This document shows positions 8,201 through 16,463 of a stretch of DNA of 32,000 nucleotides, one piece after another. The notes beneath the pieces are model-generated. The model was not told where the DNA came from and ran no database searches. It saw only the letters and a program-made list of their open reading frames with translations. A program made the translations under genes and the position numbers. This DNA comes from Coprobacillaceae bacterium (GTDB taxonomy: Bacteria; Bacillota_I; Bacilli_A; Erysipelotrichales; Coprobacillaceae). The stretch spans positions 1,680,001 to 1,712,000 of the forward strand of contig OY776328.1 of NCBI GenBank assembly GCA_963675515.1, given 5' to 3'. Each line of letters starts with the position of its first letter. The stretch's first letter is position 1.

Positions 8201-9787
8201 CTAAACAATCAGCCTTTGTTTTCTATTCTTTTTATTGTGAAATTTCATAAGGTTGAACCCTAGAGCTACCAAATACAGCTCGATTTTGACACTTTTAGCA
8301 CCTCGTCGTCTCAAACGGGTATATTTTATGTCTTCTTTGATGACTCCGAAGGCTCCCTCAACTTGGATGCTTCTCTGCCTTTTCAGTTCCTTGCCAAACT
8401 CAGTGGAAAGATTTTTATCGACTTCACTGTGGAATTCTTCAAGAACCGAATTTCGTCGCAATTTCCTTTCAACCACCGATTTGGTGCACAGTGACATATT
8501 GGAACAGTCACTGCAGCCTTGGCATCGGTAATTGGCTGTTATCTGGATATACTTCCCTTTGGTTTCATAACTGTCATCTACGTACTGATCAAAGACATTG
8601 CCTTCAGGGCAAATTTTGTAGCCTTCCTCATTTTCTGGCCAGTTGATTGAGTTGTAGATCCTCTTCTTGAATTTGGAATCATGTTTCTTTGCGTACATAT
8701 TGTACTTCATGCTCAAATTCATCCCACTTTCCAGGCAGTAGAAATAATTTTCATAGCTTCCATAACCGGCATCGCCAACTGGCCACTTAGGAAGAAATCC
8801 GTATTTCTCCTTGTAGGACTTCATAAAGGGAATAAAGGTCTTCACGTCACCAGGATTGGGATAAACGTCTAGATGGACGATATATTCATCACTGACTCCT
8901 AGCTGAAGATTGTAGCCTGGCTTGAATACTCCGGTTTGGTTATAGTAGTCGTATTTCATGTTCATCATTGTGGCATCATGATCGGTTTTGGAATAGCTGT
9001 TCCTCTCACCACAAATCTCCAACTTCTCTTCGTATTCAAACAATTTGATGAAATACTCCAAGATTTTATCATAAGCCGACTGCACCTTGGTTTTCCGTTT
9101 ACCCTTGCCATATACAATCTCGATATTCTCACTGACCATGTGCTCCATGAGGTCATCAGCGATTTCTCCTACATAATCCGATTGGTAATTTGGTGCAGCC
9201 TGATAGTCGGTAAAACCAAGACCAGCCAAGTCCGATATCGCTTCAGTTATTTTTAGATAAAGCTTGTCCCGGTTGGTTAATACTGCTTTCTTCCAGACGA
9301 AACTTGTCTTTCTGGCATTGGCTTCTATTTTAGTTCCGTCGATATAAATAATCGAGGTATCTACTTCCTCGAGCTTGACTATTTCTTTTGTGATATCATA
9401 AAAAATATCTTCTATTTTCAAAGCTAAACGGTTATTGATAAAACGCTGAAAAGCCATATGAGATGGTCTTTCCTCGTTCGATAACCACATATACCTAATA
9501 TCAAATTTGCACAAATCCTCAAGGTCACGAAGACTGGGATTACCGTTCATAAACGCAAACAATAAAACTTGCAACATCATATCAGGGTCGTAGCCCTTGT
9601 TACCTCTTTGACAGTTATCTGAAAAATACTTTCTAGTGTCAATTCCTCTCATAATCTCTACGAATGATGTCACTGGATCGTCAATTGGTAAAATAATATC
9701 AATATCCAGTGGAAGTTTGAATTGAAATGCGCTATAATTACCACTGTACTTGGGGTAATTGGACTCCAACATTTCGATGTTTAACAT
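8201..9787 (-). CDS. IS1182-family (IS5-like DDE) transposase, 528 aa, apparently intact
   Basis: N-terminal region with ...GNKGYDPDMMLQVLLFAFMNG... Cys-rich stretch YKICPEGN...YRCQGCSDCSNMSLC. C-terminal ...QVEGAFGVIKEDIKYTRLRRRGAKSVKIELYLVALGFNLMKF, typical of this family. Confidence 0.9.
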   Translation of the reverse strand: MLNIEMLESNYPKYSGNYSAFQFKLPLDIDIILPIDDPVTSFVEIMRGIDTRKYFSDNCQRGNKGYDPDMMLQVLLFAFMNGNPSLRDLEDLCKFDIRYMWLSNEERPSHMAFQRFINNRLALKIEDIFYDITKEIVKLEEVDTSIIYIDGTKIEANARKTSFVWKKAVLTNRDKLYLKITEAISDLAGLGFTDYQAAPNYQSDYVGEIADDLMEHMVSENIEIVYGKGKRKTKVQSAYDKILEYFIKLFEYEEKLEICGERNSYSKTDHDATMMNMKYDYYNQTGVFKPGYNLQLGVSDEYIVHLDVYPNPGDVKTFIPFMKSYKEKYGFLPKWPVGDAGYGSYENYFYCLESGMNLSMKYNMYAKKHDSKFKKRIYNSINWPENEEGYKICPEGNVFDQYVDDSYETKGKYIQITANYRCQGCSDCSNMSLCTKSVVERKLRRNSVLEEFHSEVDKNLSTEFGKELKRQRSIQVEGAFGVIKEDIKYTRLRRRGAKSVKIELYLVALGFNLMKFHNKKNRKQRLIV

Positions 9788-9801
9788 AGTCTAATTATAC
9801 C

Positions 9802-9843
9802 AAAAAATGCACCTAAACTCATTATGAGTCAGGTGCATTTTTT
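9802..9843. terminator. Palindromic hairpin with T-runs on both strands inside the IS right end
   Basis: AAAAAATGCACCT (9802-9814) pairs perfectly with AGGTGCATTTTTT (9831-9843). It lies just upstream (minus-strand sense) of a TGGTATAAT extended -10 and the transposase ATG. Confidence 0.5.
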
Positions 9844-9958
9844 ACATTTCAGGGAACTATTCAAATTAATGCGTTACAGCCCGTTTTTTGTGTAAAAAGG
9901 TTTAAATCCGGATAAAAAAATAGTATAATGTTTGTTGTACTAAGCGAGGTGAAGAAAA

Positions 9959-10210
9959 GTGGTCGCGGATATTATTAAGGTTTTGGCATTGATACTGGGT
10001 GTTTTGTTGCTTGTGTATTTTGGGGTTGCTTTGATTTTGCGATTCGATCGGGCCAGCATCGAAAACAAAAAGAAGATCAGGGATTTTTCCGACAGCGTCA
10101 ACCAGACCAATAAGGATCTTGATGAAACTTTGCGCGAAATGGAATCGCTCAATTCACCAATGGAAAAAGTTAGTAAAATATTTAAACGCATTAATGACTA
10201 TCTGAAGTAG
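9959..10210 (+). CDS. Small membrane-anchored coiled-coil protein (DUF948-like)
   Basis: GTG start with GAGGTG 7 nt upstream. A TATAAT at 9924-9929 could be its promoter. One N-terminal TM segment (IIKVLALILGVLLLVYFGVALIL) followed by a charged helical tail. Confidence 0.55.
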   Translation: MVADIIKVLALILGVLLLVYFGVALILRFDRASIENKKKIRDFSDSVNQTNKDLDETLREMESLNSPMEKVSKIFKRINDYLK

Positions 10211-10226
10211 TCATGGAAGGAATTAT

Positions 10227-10508
10227 ATGGTAGATAACAATGTCTTCTCAAAGAAGGATCTGATTTTTTTATTGAAACTCAAAGCAAGGGAGCTTTCAAC
10301 TGATGAAATCCAGATAACTGCAAAACAGCTGCAGGAGTATTTTCTCGAAGTGAAATGGAGAAATATTGATAATTTACCTTTGTATACTTTGATTGATCAT
10401 ATTGAAAGTTTGGATTTTTCAACGATTTACGATTATTTGAGTGTCAAAGTTATTAAAGAGGCAAGAAATTTAACGATATCAGACTTTGATGAATTGATTT
10501 CCAGATAG
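10227..10508 (+). CDS. Small cytoplasmic protein, possibly ComN/YrzD-type post-transcriptional regulator
   Basis: 93 aa, RBS GGAAGGA. The size, the position upstream of recJ and the pattern ...ITAKQLQEYFLEVKWRN... recall the ComN family. Recognition is weak. Confidence 0.4.
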   Translation: MVDNNVFSKKDLIFLLKLKARELSTDEIQITAKQLQEYFLEVKWRNIDNLPLYTLIDHIESLDFSTIYDYLSVKVIKEARNLTISDFDELISR

Positions 10509-10545
10509 TTGGACGCCAACTATCTTTTTAATTGAAAGGAGCCGT

Positions 10546-12168
10546 ATGGAATTTAAAATTTATGACAGCGATATATATCAGAATTATATCCAGGAATTCA
10601 AGGTAAGCCCGCTGGTTGCCAAGATTCTCGCATTTCACCAGGTCGACCAGGAAAGATACCAGGACCTGATGTCGACCCGGCTCAAGTATCACAGTTTCGA
10701 ACTGTTTGACGAAGGGGAAATGGCTCTTGAGCGGATCTTCGAAGCGATTGCCAACAAGGAGAAGATATGCATCTATGGCGACTATGACAGCGATGGAATC
10801 CTGGGGACCTCGATTCTGGTCAACGCCTTCAAACAGCTTGGCGTCGAGGTCGGGTTCCATATCCCCAACCGTTTTTTTGACGGCTACGGATTGACTTGCA
10901 GTCGGGTTGAACAGATCCACTCCAAGGGATACAGTCTTATCATCACCGTTGACAACGGAATCCAGGCGTTTTCAGCCATCGAAAAGGCCAACGAGCTGGA
11001 AATTGATGTGATCATCACCGACCATCATGAAGTGGGGGCGACCCAGCCCGAAGCAATGAGCATCATCCATCCCAAGACATCTTATAACTATCCTTTCAAG
11101 GAAATAAGTGGCGGGTTCACAGCCTACAAGCTGGCCAGCGCCCTTTTGAAAAAACATGACCCTTACCTGTTTTCCCTGGCCGGGATCACGATCCTTTCGG
11201 ATGTCATGCCAATTATCGATGAAAACCGGGCCCTGGTGAAAAAAGCGATCGAGTTCATGAATACGAACAATTACCAGACAATCACCCTGTTAAAAGACAA
11301 CAACAACCCAATCAATCCGACATTGCTCAATTTCCAGGTTATCCCGAAAATAAACGCTCTGGGCCGCTTGCCGGAGATGATCTCCCCAAACAAGCTAGTC
11401 CGCTATTTCGCCCTGCTTGAAAGCCAAAGCTACAACATCGCCCTGGCGGGACAAATCAAGGATGTCAACGCCAGGCGCAAAGAGATGACCCAGCGTTACT
11501 ATGAGCAGATAATGGAAAAAAACAATGAGGGAGAATTTTTGTTTTTTGCAAGCAAAAAACTGCATCAGGGCATCAGCGGTCTGATCGCATCCAGGTACAC
11601 GAACACATACAACCAGCCAAGCTTCGTGATGACTTACGATGAACACTCGCAAATGTTCAAAGGTTCGGCGCGTTCGGTTGAGGGCATCAATATCACCGCG
11701 GCCTTTAATTACTGCGACGATCTCCTTGACCACTATGGCGGGCATGATATGGCTGGGGGATTCTCGCTCAAACAGGAGAACCTCAAGGAATTCAAACTAA
11801 GACTTGAACAATATCTAAAACAGGAGAAGTTCACCGCGCCAATCAAGGATGTCATCAAGGTGTCGTCAAATGAGCTGACTATGGAAAACATCACCGACCT
11901 GGAAACGCTCGAGCCTTTTGGGCCCGGCTTCGAGAATGTCGATTTCTATTTTGAAAATGTGACAATCACCAACCTGATCACCCTTTCCAACGGGCAGCAC
12001 CTCAAGTTCAAGGCGGGTTCGATCGACTGCCTGTTTTTCAATCACGGTCATCTTGCTGCACAGCTTGGCAGCCTGAATTCAATCAGTTTCGCTGGAAAGC
12101 TGACCATCAATGAATTTCGAAACAAAAAAAGCATCAACGTCCACCTTAGTGGCATAAAAGGTATTTAA
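10546..12168 (+). CDS. recJ: Single-stranded-DNA-specific exonuclease RecJ (short, 540 aa)
   Basis: DHH-family motifs ICIYGDYDSDGI, ITVDNGI, VIITDHHE, and DHHA1-type GGHDMAGGF. Confidence 0.9.
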   Translation: MEFKIYDSDIYQNYIQEFKVSPLVAKILAFHQVDQERYQDLMSTRLKYHSFELFDEGEMALERIFEAIANKEKICIYGDYDSDGILGTSILVNAFKQLGVEVGFHIPNRFFDGYGLTCSRVEQIHSKGYSLIITVDNGIQAFSAIEKANELEIDVIITDHHEVGATQPEAMSIIHPKTSYNYPFKEISGGFTAYKLASALLKKHDPYLFSLAGITILSDVMPIIDENRALVKKAIEFMNTNNYQTITLLKDNNNPINPTLLNFQVIPKINALGRLPEMISPNKLVRYFALLESQSYNIALAGQIKDVNARRKEMTQRYYEQIMEKNNEGEFLFFASKKLHQGISGLIASRYTNTYNQPSFVMTYDEHSQMFKGSARSVEGINITAAFNYCDDLLDHYGGHDMAGGFSLKQENLKEFKLRLEQYLKQEKFTAPIKDVIKVSSNELTMENITDLETLEPFGPGFENVDFYFENVTITNLITLSNGQHLKFKAGSIDCLFFNHGHLAAQLGSLNSISFAGKLTINEFRNKKSINVHLSGIKGI

Positions 12169-12212
12169 ATAATCAAAAATCAATGTTAGAATGTACATAT
12201 GGAGGAACATAA

Positions 12213-12731
12213 ATGAACTTAGAGAAATATATAGCGGCGATCCAGGATTTCCCCGAGGAGGGGATCCTGTTCCGGGATATCACCCCGTTGCTGCAGGATG
12301 GGGCGGCATTCCAATATGCCATCACCCGTTTTGTCGACTGGACCAACACGCTCGACGTCAAGGTTGATGTCGTAGTCGGCCCGGAATCAAGGGGCTTCAT
12401 TTTCGGCTGCCCGGTGGCCTATGAAATCGGAGCGGGATTCGTACCGGTCCGAAAACCAGGCAAACTTCCTCGCGACACAATTTCATACAAATATGATCTG
12501 GAATATGGAAGCAATGAAGTTCATATGCACTACGATGCCATCAAGCCGGGGCAAAACGTGATCATCGTCGACGATCTGCTGGCAACCGGAGGAACAATCG
12601 AAGCATCCATCAAGCTTGTTGAAGAGCTGGGTGGCAATGTTGCAGGTGTCGCTTTTGTGATCGAGCTTGAAGAACTTGAAGGCATTAAGCATCTTGAAGG
12701 GTACAATGTCATTTCATTGTTGAAATACTGA
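12213..12731 (+). CDS. apt: Adenine phosphoribosyltransferase
   Basis: 172 aa. [19 protein letters not shown]-binding loop [13 protein letters not shown]. Confidence 0.95.
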   Translation: MNLEKYIAAIQDFPEEGILFRDITPLLQDGAAFQYAITRFVDWTNTLDVKVDVVVGPESRGFIFGCPVAYEIGAGFVPVRKPGKLPRDTISYKYDLEYGSNEVHMHYDAIKPGQNVIIVDDLLATGGTIEASIKLVEELGGNVAGVAFVIELEELEGIKHLEGYNVISLLKY

Positions 12732-12769
12732 TAAAACAAAAAGTCAAATTTGAAAAAGGAGGTCGGACT

Positions 12770-14998
12770 ATGTTTAAAAGCGGTAAAGGGGCCCATGAAG
12801 TCGTGGTGTTCCAGGACATAATGGATGTCGTAAAAACCTATGTTACAAACCCCGAAGATCTTGATCTGATCAACCGGGCCTATGAATTTATCATGATTAA
12901 ACACGCCGACCAGAAAAGGCGCTCCGGGGAACCATACACCAACCATTTGCTGTGGGTTGCCTATATCCTGGCTACATTGCAGACCGGACCTAAAACCATA
13001 GCCGCCGGCTTGCTCCATGATGTTATGGAAGACTGCGATGTGCCCCGGCCAGAGATGGTCGAGCGATTCGGTGATGAAGTTACGACCCTGGTCGAAGGGG
13101 TCACCAAGATCAACAAGATAAACTTCAAAGATGAAGACGAGGTTTACGCGGAAAACCACCGCAAGATCTACATCGCCATGGCCAGCGATATCAGGGTCAT
13201 CCTGATCAAATTCGCCGACCGGCTCCACAACATGAGGACCCTTCAGTACATGAAGCCTCAAAGCCAGAAGCGTATCGCCCGCGAAACGCTTGAAGTATAT
13301 ACCCCGATTGCCCATCGGCTGGGGCTTTCGGACATCAAGACCGAACTTGAAAATTTGTCGCTTTCATACCTGGATCCGATCGCCTACAACGACATCGTTT
13401 TGTTGCTCAAGGAAAAAGAGGAACAGCGCCGGATTTACATCGATAAGATGATCAATGATGTTTCCAAGCTTCTTGATGAAAACAAGTTCTCCTACCGGAT
13501 TGTGGGAAGACCGAAGTCGATCTACAGCATTTACAAGAAGATGTTCGTCAAGAACAAGCGTTTCGATGAGATTTACGACCTGTATGCTTTGCGCATCATC
13601 ACCGACACCAAGCAGTCATGTTACTCGATCTTGGGTCTGATGCATGAAAAATACCGTCCGATTCCCGGAAGGTTCAAGGACTACATCGCAATGCCAAAGC
13701 CCAACATGTATCAGTCGTTGCATACTTCGATAATCGGTGATGACGGGCACACCTATGAACTCCAGATCAGGACCGAGCTAATGGACGAACTGGCGGAACT
13801 CGGGGTGGCGGCCCACTGGCGCTACAAGGAAAACAGGGGCTATTCGTCACAGAAGGAACAGCAGGAAATCGGCGAGAAGCTCCAGTGGCTTCGGGATTTC
13901 ATCACTCTTTCGGATGATATCAAGGACCGTGATGCCAAGGAATTCTATGACAGTCTAAAACGGGATATCTTCGAGGCCAATGTCTATGTGCTCACACCTC
14001 AGGGGAAAATCATCGAACTTCCCAATGGGGCCACACCGGTCGATTTTGCTTACCGGATCCACTCGGAAGTGGGCAACAAGTGTGTCGGTGCTTTGGTCAA
14101 CAATGTCATGGTGCCAATCAACACGAAACTCAACACCGGCGATGTCGTGGAAATCAAGACAAGCAAGAACGCCACTCCCAACCGGGACTGGCTCAAGTTC
14201 GTCAGGACAACCGGAGCCCGCAACAAGATCCGCCAGTACATCACCAAGATAGAGGCCCAAAGCCGCAAGGAAATGGTCGAAGCTGGTCGGAAGATCTTCA
14301 GGGACGAGATCCGCAAGCGCAATCTCGATGAAGCCAAATACCTTAACGAGGAGACCTACAAGACATACCTTGGGGCATTCGGGGCCAAGAGCTTCGAGGA
14401 CATCCTGTTTTTCATCGGTAAGAAGAATCTGTTGCCAATGTCGGTCATCGACAAGGTAATCCCCAAACGGGGCGGGCTGATCGACAACATCTCCAAGATG
14501 CTCCAGCGCAACACCAATTTCCAGGCCAGCCAGGCCAAGGCCAATGTTTCCAAGACTGGAGTTGTCGTTGAGGGCATCGACGGTATAAAAATTACCTTAT
14601 CGAAGTGCTGCAATCCAATTCCCGGCGATGATATTGTCGGATTCGTTTCCAAAGGACAGGGGATAAAGGTCCATCGCTCAACCTGCCCCAATGTCCAGAA
14701 CGAAGAGATCAAACGAAGGCTTATCCCGGTATACTGGGACAATGCCCAGACGCTCAATCACAAGTTTGATGTCGACATCGAGATCCGCGGACTTGACCGG
14801 GGCAACCTGCTCAATGAAATCATCAACGTGCTGGGGCAAAGCAAGATTTCCATTTTGAAAATCAATGCGGAAAGCCAGGATGCCGAAGCATTCATCCAGC
14901 TAAAGCTCGCAGTCGAAGACAACGATTCCTTGTCGACAGCCTTCGTCAATCTCGAAAAAATAATAGGCATCTATGATGTCAAACGGATAATCCACTGA
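12770..14998 (+). CDS. relA: Bifunctional (p)ppGpp synthetase/hydrolase (RelA/SpoT homologue)
   Basis: 742 aa. HD hydrolase motif (HLLWVA...LLHDVMED), synthetase region (RPKSIYSIYKKM...YQSLHT), and TGS and ACT-like C-terminal domains. RBS AAAGGAGG. Confidence 0.95.
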   Translation: MFKSGKGAHEVVVFQDIMDVVKTYVTNPEDLDLINRAYEFIMIKHADQKRRSGEPYTNHLLWVAYILATLQTGPKTIAAGLLHDVMEDCDVPRPEMVERFGDEVTTLVEGVTKINKINFKDEDEVYAENHRKIYIAMASDIRVILIKFADRLHNMRTLQYMKPQSQKRIARETLEVYTPIAHRLGLSDIKTELENLSLSYLDPIAYNDIVLLLKEKEEQRRIYIDKMINDVSKLLDENKFSYRIVGRPKSIYSIYKKMFVKNKRFDEIYDLYALRIITDTKQSCYSILGLMHEKYRPIPGRFKDYIAMPKPNMYQSLHTSIIGDDGHTYELQIRTELMDELAELGVAAHWRYKENRGYSSQKEQQEIGEKLQWLRDFITLSDDIKDRDAKEFYDSLKRDIFEANVYVLTPQGKIIELPNGATPVDFAYRIHSEVGNKCVGALVNNVMVPINTKLNTGDVVEIKTSKNATPNRDWLKFVRTTGARNKIRQYITKIEAQSRKEMVEAGRKIFRDEIRKRNLDEAKYLNEETYKTYLGAFGAKSFEDILFFIGKKNLLPMSVIDKVIPKRGGLIDNISKMLQRNTNFQASQAKANVSKTGVVVEGIDGIKITLSKCCNPIPGDDIVGFVSKGQGIKVHRSTCPNVQNEEIKRRLIPVYWDNAQTLNHKFDVDIEIRGLDRGNLLNEIINVLGQSKISILKINAESQDAEAFIQLKLAVEDNDSLSTAFVNLEKIIGIYDVKRIIH

Positions 14999-15027
14999 TT
15001 GCCTTTGGGGCTTTTGGTGGATTTTTT
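14989..15027 (+). terminator. Rho-independent terminator of relA
   Basis: AATCCAC (14989-14995) / GTGGATT (15017-15023) followed by TTTTTT. Confidence 0.65.
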
Positions 15028-15202
15028 CATTGTATATAAGTGGTACTTATTTTATTATGTTGAATCTAGTGGGTTGATTTTTACCACCTTTAGTAGTAAC
15101 ATAATAGTATATATAGGACAATGATGTTGCTAATAGTCACTAATGATTAAAGACTATTAAAGTACATATTTTACACACTTATTATATTTGGGGAGTGATT
15201 TT

Positions 15203-16402
15203 ATGGAATATTCTTGTGTTTTACATGTCCAAGCCTTTGGTGAATTTCAAATCAGTAATGAGACAGGTCAGCTGAATCTGAGCATGCTTAAATCCAAACG
15301 ACTATCAAAACTGCTGTTGTATTTTGTGACCCATCACAGCACCATCATCCCTTCTTCGGATCTGTGCGATTACCTATGGGAAGAGAACGAGAGCTCCAAC
15401 CCGATCGGGGCGCTTAAAAACCTCGTCTACCGGTTGCGGACGGTAATGAAGCGGGTATGGCCCGATCATGATCTTATAATGACGGGATCGGGGACTTATT
15501 TCTGGAACTCGAATGTAAAACTAATTGTCGATTTCGAAGAATTCTACGAATTGGTCAGTTCGGTAAGTGATGAAATGGACGAAGAGTCGAAGATAAGTCG
15601 TTACAAAAGAGCTACGGAAATATATCAGGACCGGCTGTTTGCCCATTTTGATTATGATTCCTTGATAATGCAGAATTCGATGTATTATCACAATGTTTTT
15701 TTGAAAATGACCAAAGATTTCCTGAAGGTGCTTTACAACCAGAAACTTTATGATGAGCTTTATTTTTATTCCAACAATGCATTGACTCTTGACAATACAG
15801 AAGAGGATTTTTACCGTTATGAAATAATGGCACTGGGCCAAAATAATGAGTTTGAACTGGCCCGGGTCAAATATGAGACAGCCAAATATGTTCTTAATCA
15901 TGAGCTTGGGGTTTTGCCAAGCGATAAGCTGATCAAGACTTATGAACAGATTTTAAGCCAGTTTCTTCAGGCCAATGAATCAATCGACAAGGTCCAACAG
16001 GACATTGTTCCGCTGCAATCAAATAACGTTCTTGTATGTGATTACGGAGCATTTAAAAACCTATGCAATCTTGAGCTTCGGCTGGCGCAAAGACACTCGT
16101 TCGATTCGACTTTGCTTCTGGTCTCGGTTAATGTGATGAAACCGTTTGACGGCCATTCCAAGATCTTCCGGGATACCTTGAATAGGGGAATGGACCGTGT
16201 TGAAGATGTTTTGATTGATGCACTGCGCAACAGCGATTCGGTTTCCAAGGTCTCGCCCAATCAGTACAGCTGTCTTCTTAGCATGTGCAATATTGACGAT
16301 GCAACCTTGGTTATCGAGAGAATCGAGAAATATTTTTACCGCGGTCTGAAAAAAAACGACATCTACATAACTTGCAACAGTCAAAAACTTGGGTCTAACT
16401 GA
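15203..16402 (+). CDS. SARP-like transcriptional activator (OmpR-type wHTH + BTAD) fused to a degenerate GGDEF-like domain
   Basis: ORF track 15188..16402 starts at a TTG. ATG 15203 follows GGGGAG. The N-terminus LHVQAFGEFQI...SKLLLYFVTHH...SSDLCDYLWEE...NPIGALKNLVYRLRTVM fits the SARP/wHTH pattern. The middle helical BTAD-like region includes ...ALGQNNEFELARVKYETAKYVLNHELGVLPSDKLIKTYEQIL. The C-terminal ~105 aa follow the GGDEF-domain pattern (STLLLVSVNVMKPFDGHSK...ALRNSDSVSKVSPNQYSCLL...ATLVIERIEKYF), with GGDEF replaced by SPNQY and RxxD (RNSD) retained 5 residues upstream. Confidence 0.75.
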   Translation: MEYSCVLHVQAFGEFQISNETGQLNLSMLKSKRLSKLLLYFVTHHSTIIPSSDLCDYLWEENESSNPIGALKNLVYRLRTVMKRVWPDHDLIMTGSGTYFWNSNVKLIVDFEEFYELVSSVSDEMDEESKISRYKRATEIYQDRLFAHFDYDSLIMQNSMYYHNVFLKMTKDFLKVLYNQKLYDELYFYSNNALTLDNTEEDFYRYEIMALGQNNEFELARVKYETAKYVLNHELGVLPSDKLIKTYEQILSQFLQANESIDKVQQDIVPLQSNNVLVCDYGAFKNLCNLELRLAQRHSFDSTLLLVSVNVMKPFDGHSKIFRDTLNRGMDRVEDVLIDALRNSDSVSKVSPNQYSCLLSMCNIDDATLVIERIEKYFYRGLKKNDIYITCNSQKLGSN

Positions 16403-16416
16403 GCCAAGTTTTTTTG
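16383..16416 (+). terminator. Rho-independent terminator of the regulator gene
   Basis: AAAAACTTGG (16383-16392) / CCAAGTTTTT (16404-16413) plus further T residues. The stop codon lies in the loop. Confidence 0.75.
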
Positions 16417-16430
16417 TGGTTTTTCAATCT

Positions 16431-16463
16431 TGTGACTTCAGTGTGACAGGTAAATAATATTAT
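16431..16463 (+). promoter_or_regulatory. Direct-repeat operator plus -10 (site 2): TGTGACT-tcag-TGTGACA-N9-TATTAT
   Basis: Heptamers at 16431-16437 and 16442-16448, with TATTAT at 16458-16463. Spacings are identical to sites 1 and 3. Confidence 0.7.

Larger units (their letters stand above)
8034..9881 (-). mobile_element. IS1182-family insertion sequence (boundaries tentative)
   Basis: Single intact transposase gene. Perfect 10-bp inverted repeat GGCTGTAACG (8034-8043) / CGTTACAGCC (9872-9881). Second co-linear inverted block TAATGAATTTAGG (8100-8112) / CCTAAACTCATTA (9812-9824, 12/13). The stretch looks AT-rich compared with its flanks by eye. Confidence 0.55.

Noticed and set aside
12530-13315. 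Long antisense ORFs lying opposite well-supported genes. Examples: 261 aa at 12530..13315 opposite relA, and also 10528..10920, 5747..6199, 26505..27116, 28883..29416, 30312..30806, 22630..23121, 23882..24352 and 18019..18321.
   Set aside because: Each lies entirely within, and antisense to, a gene with strong family motifs. They have no convincing RBS and give low-complexity or Arg/Ser/Pro-rich translations with no recognisable motifs. They are typical shadow ORFs.
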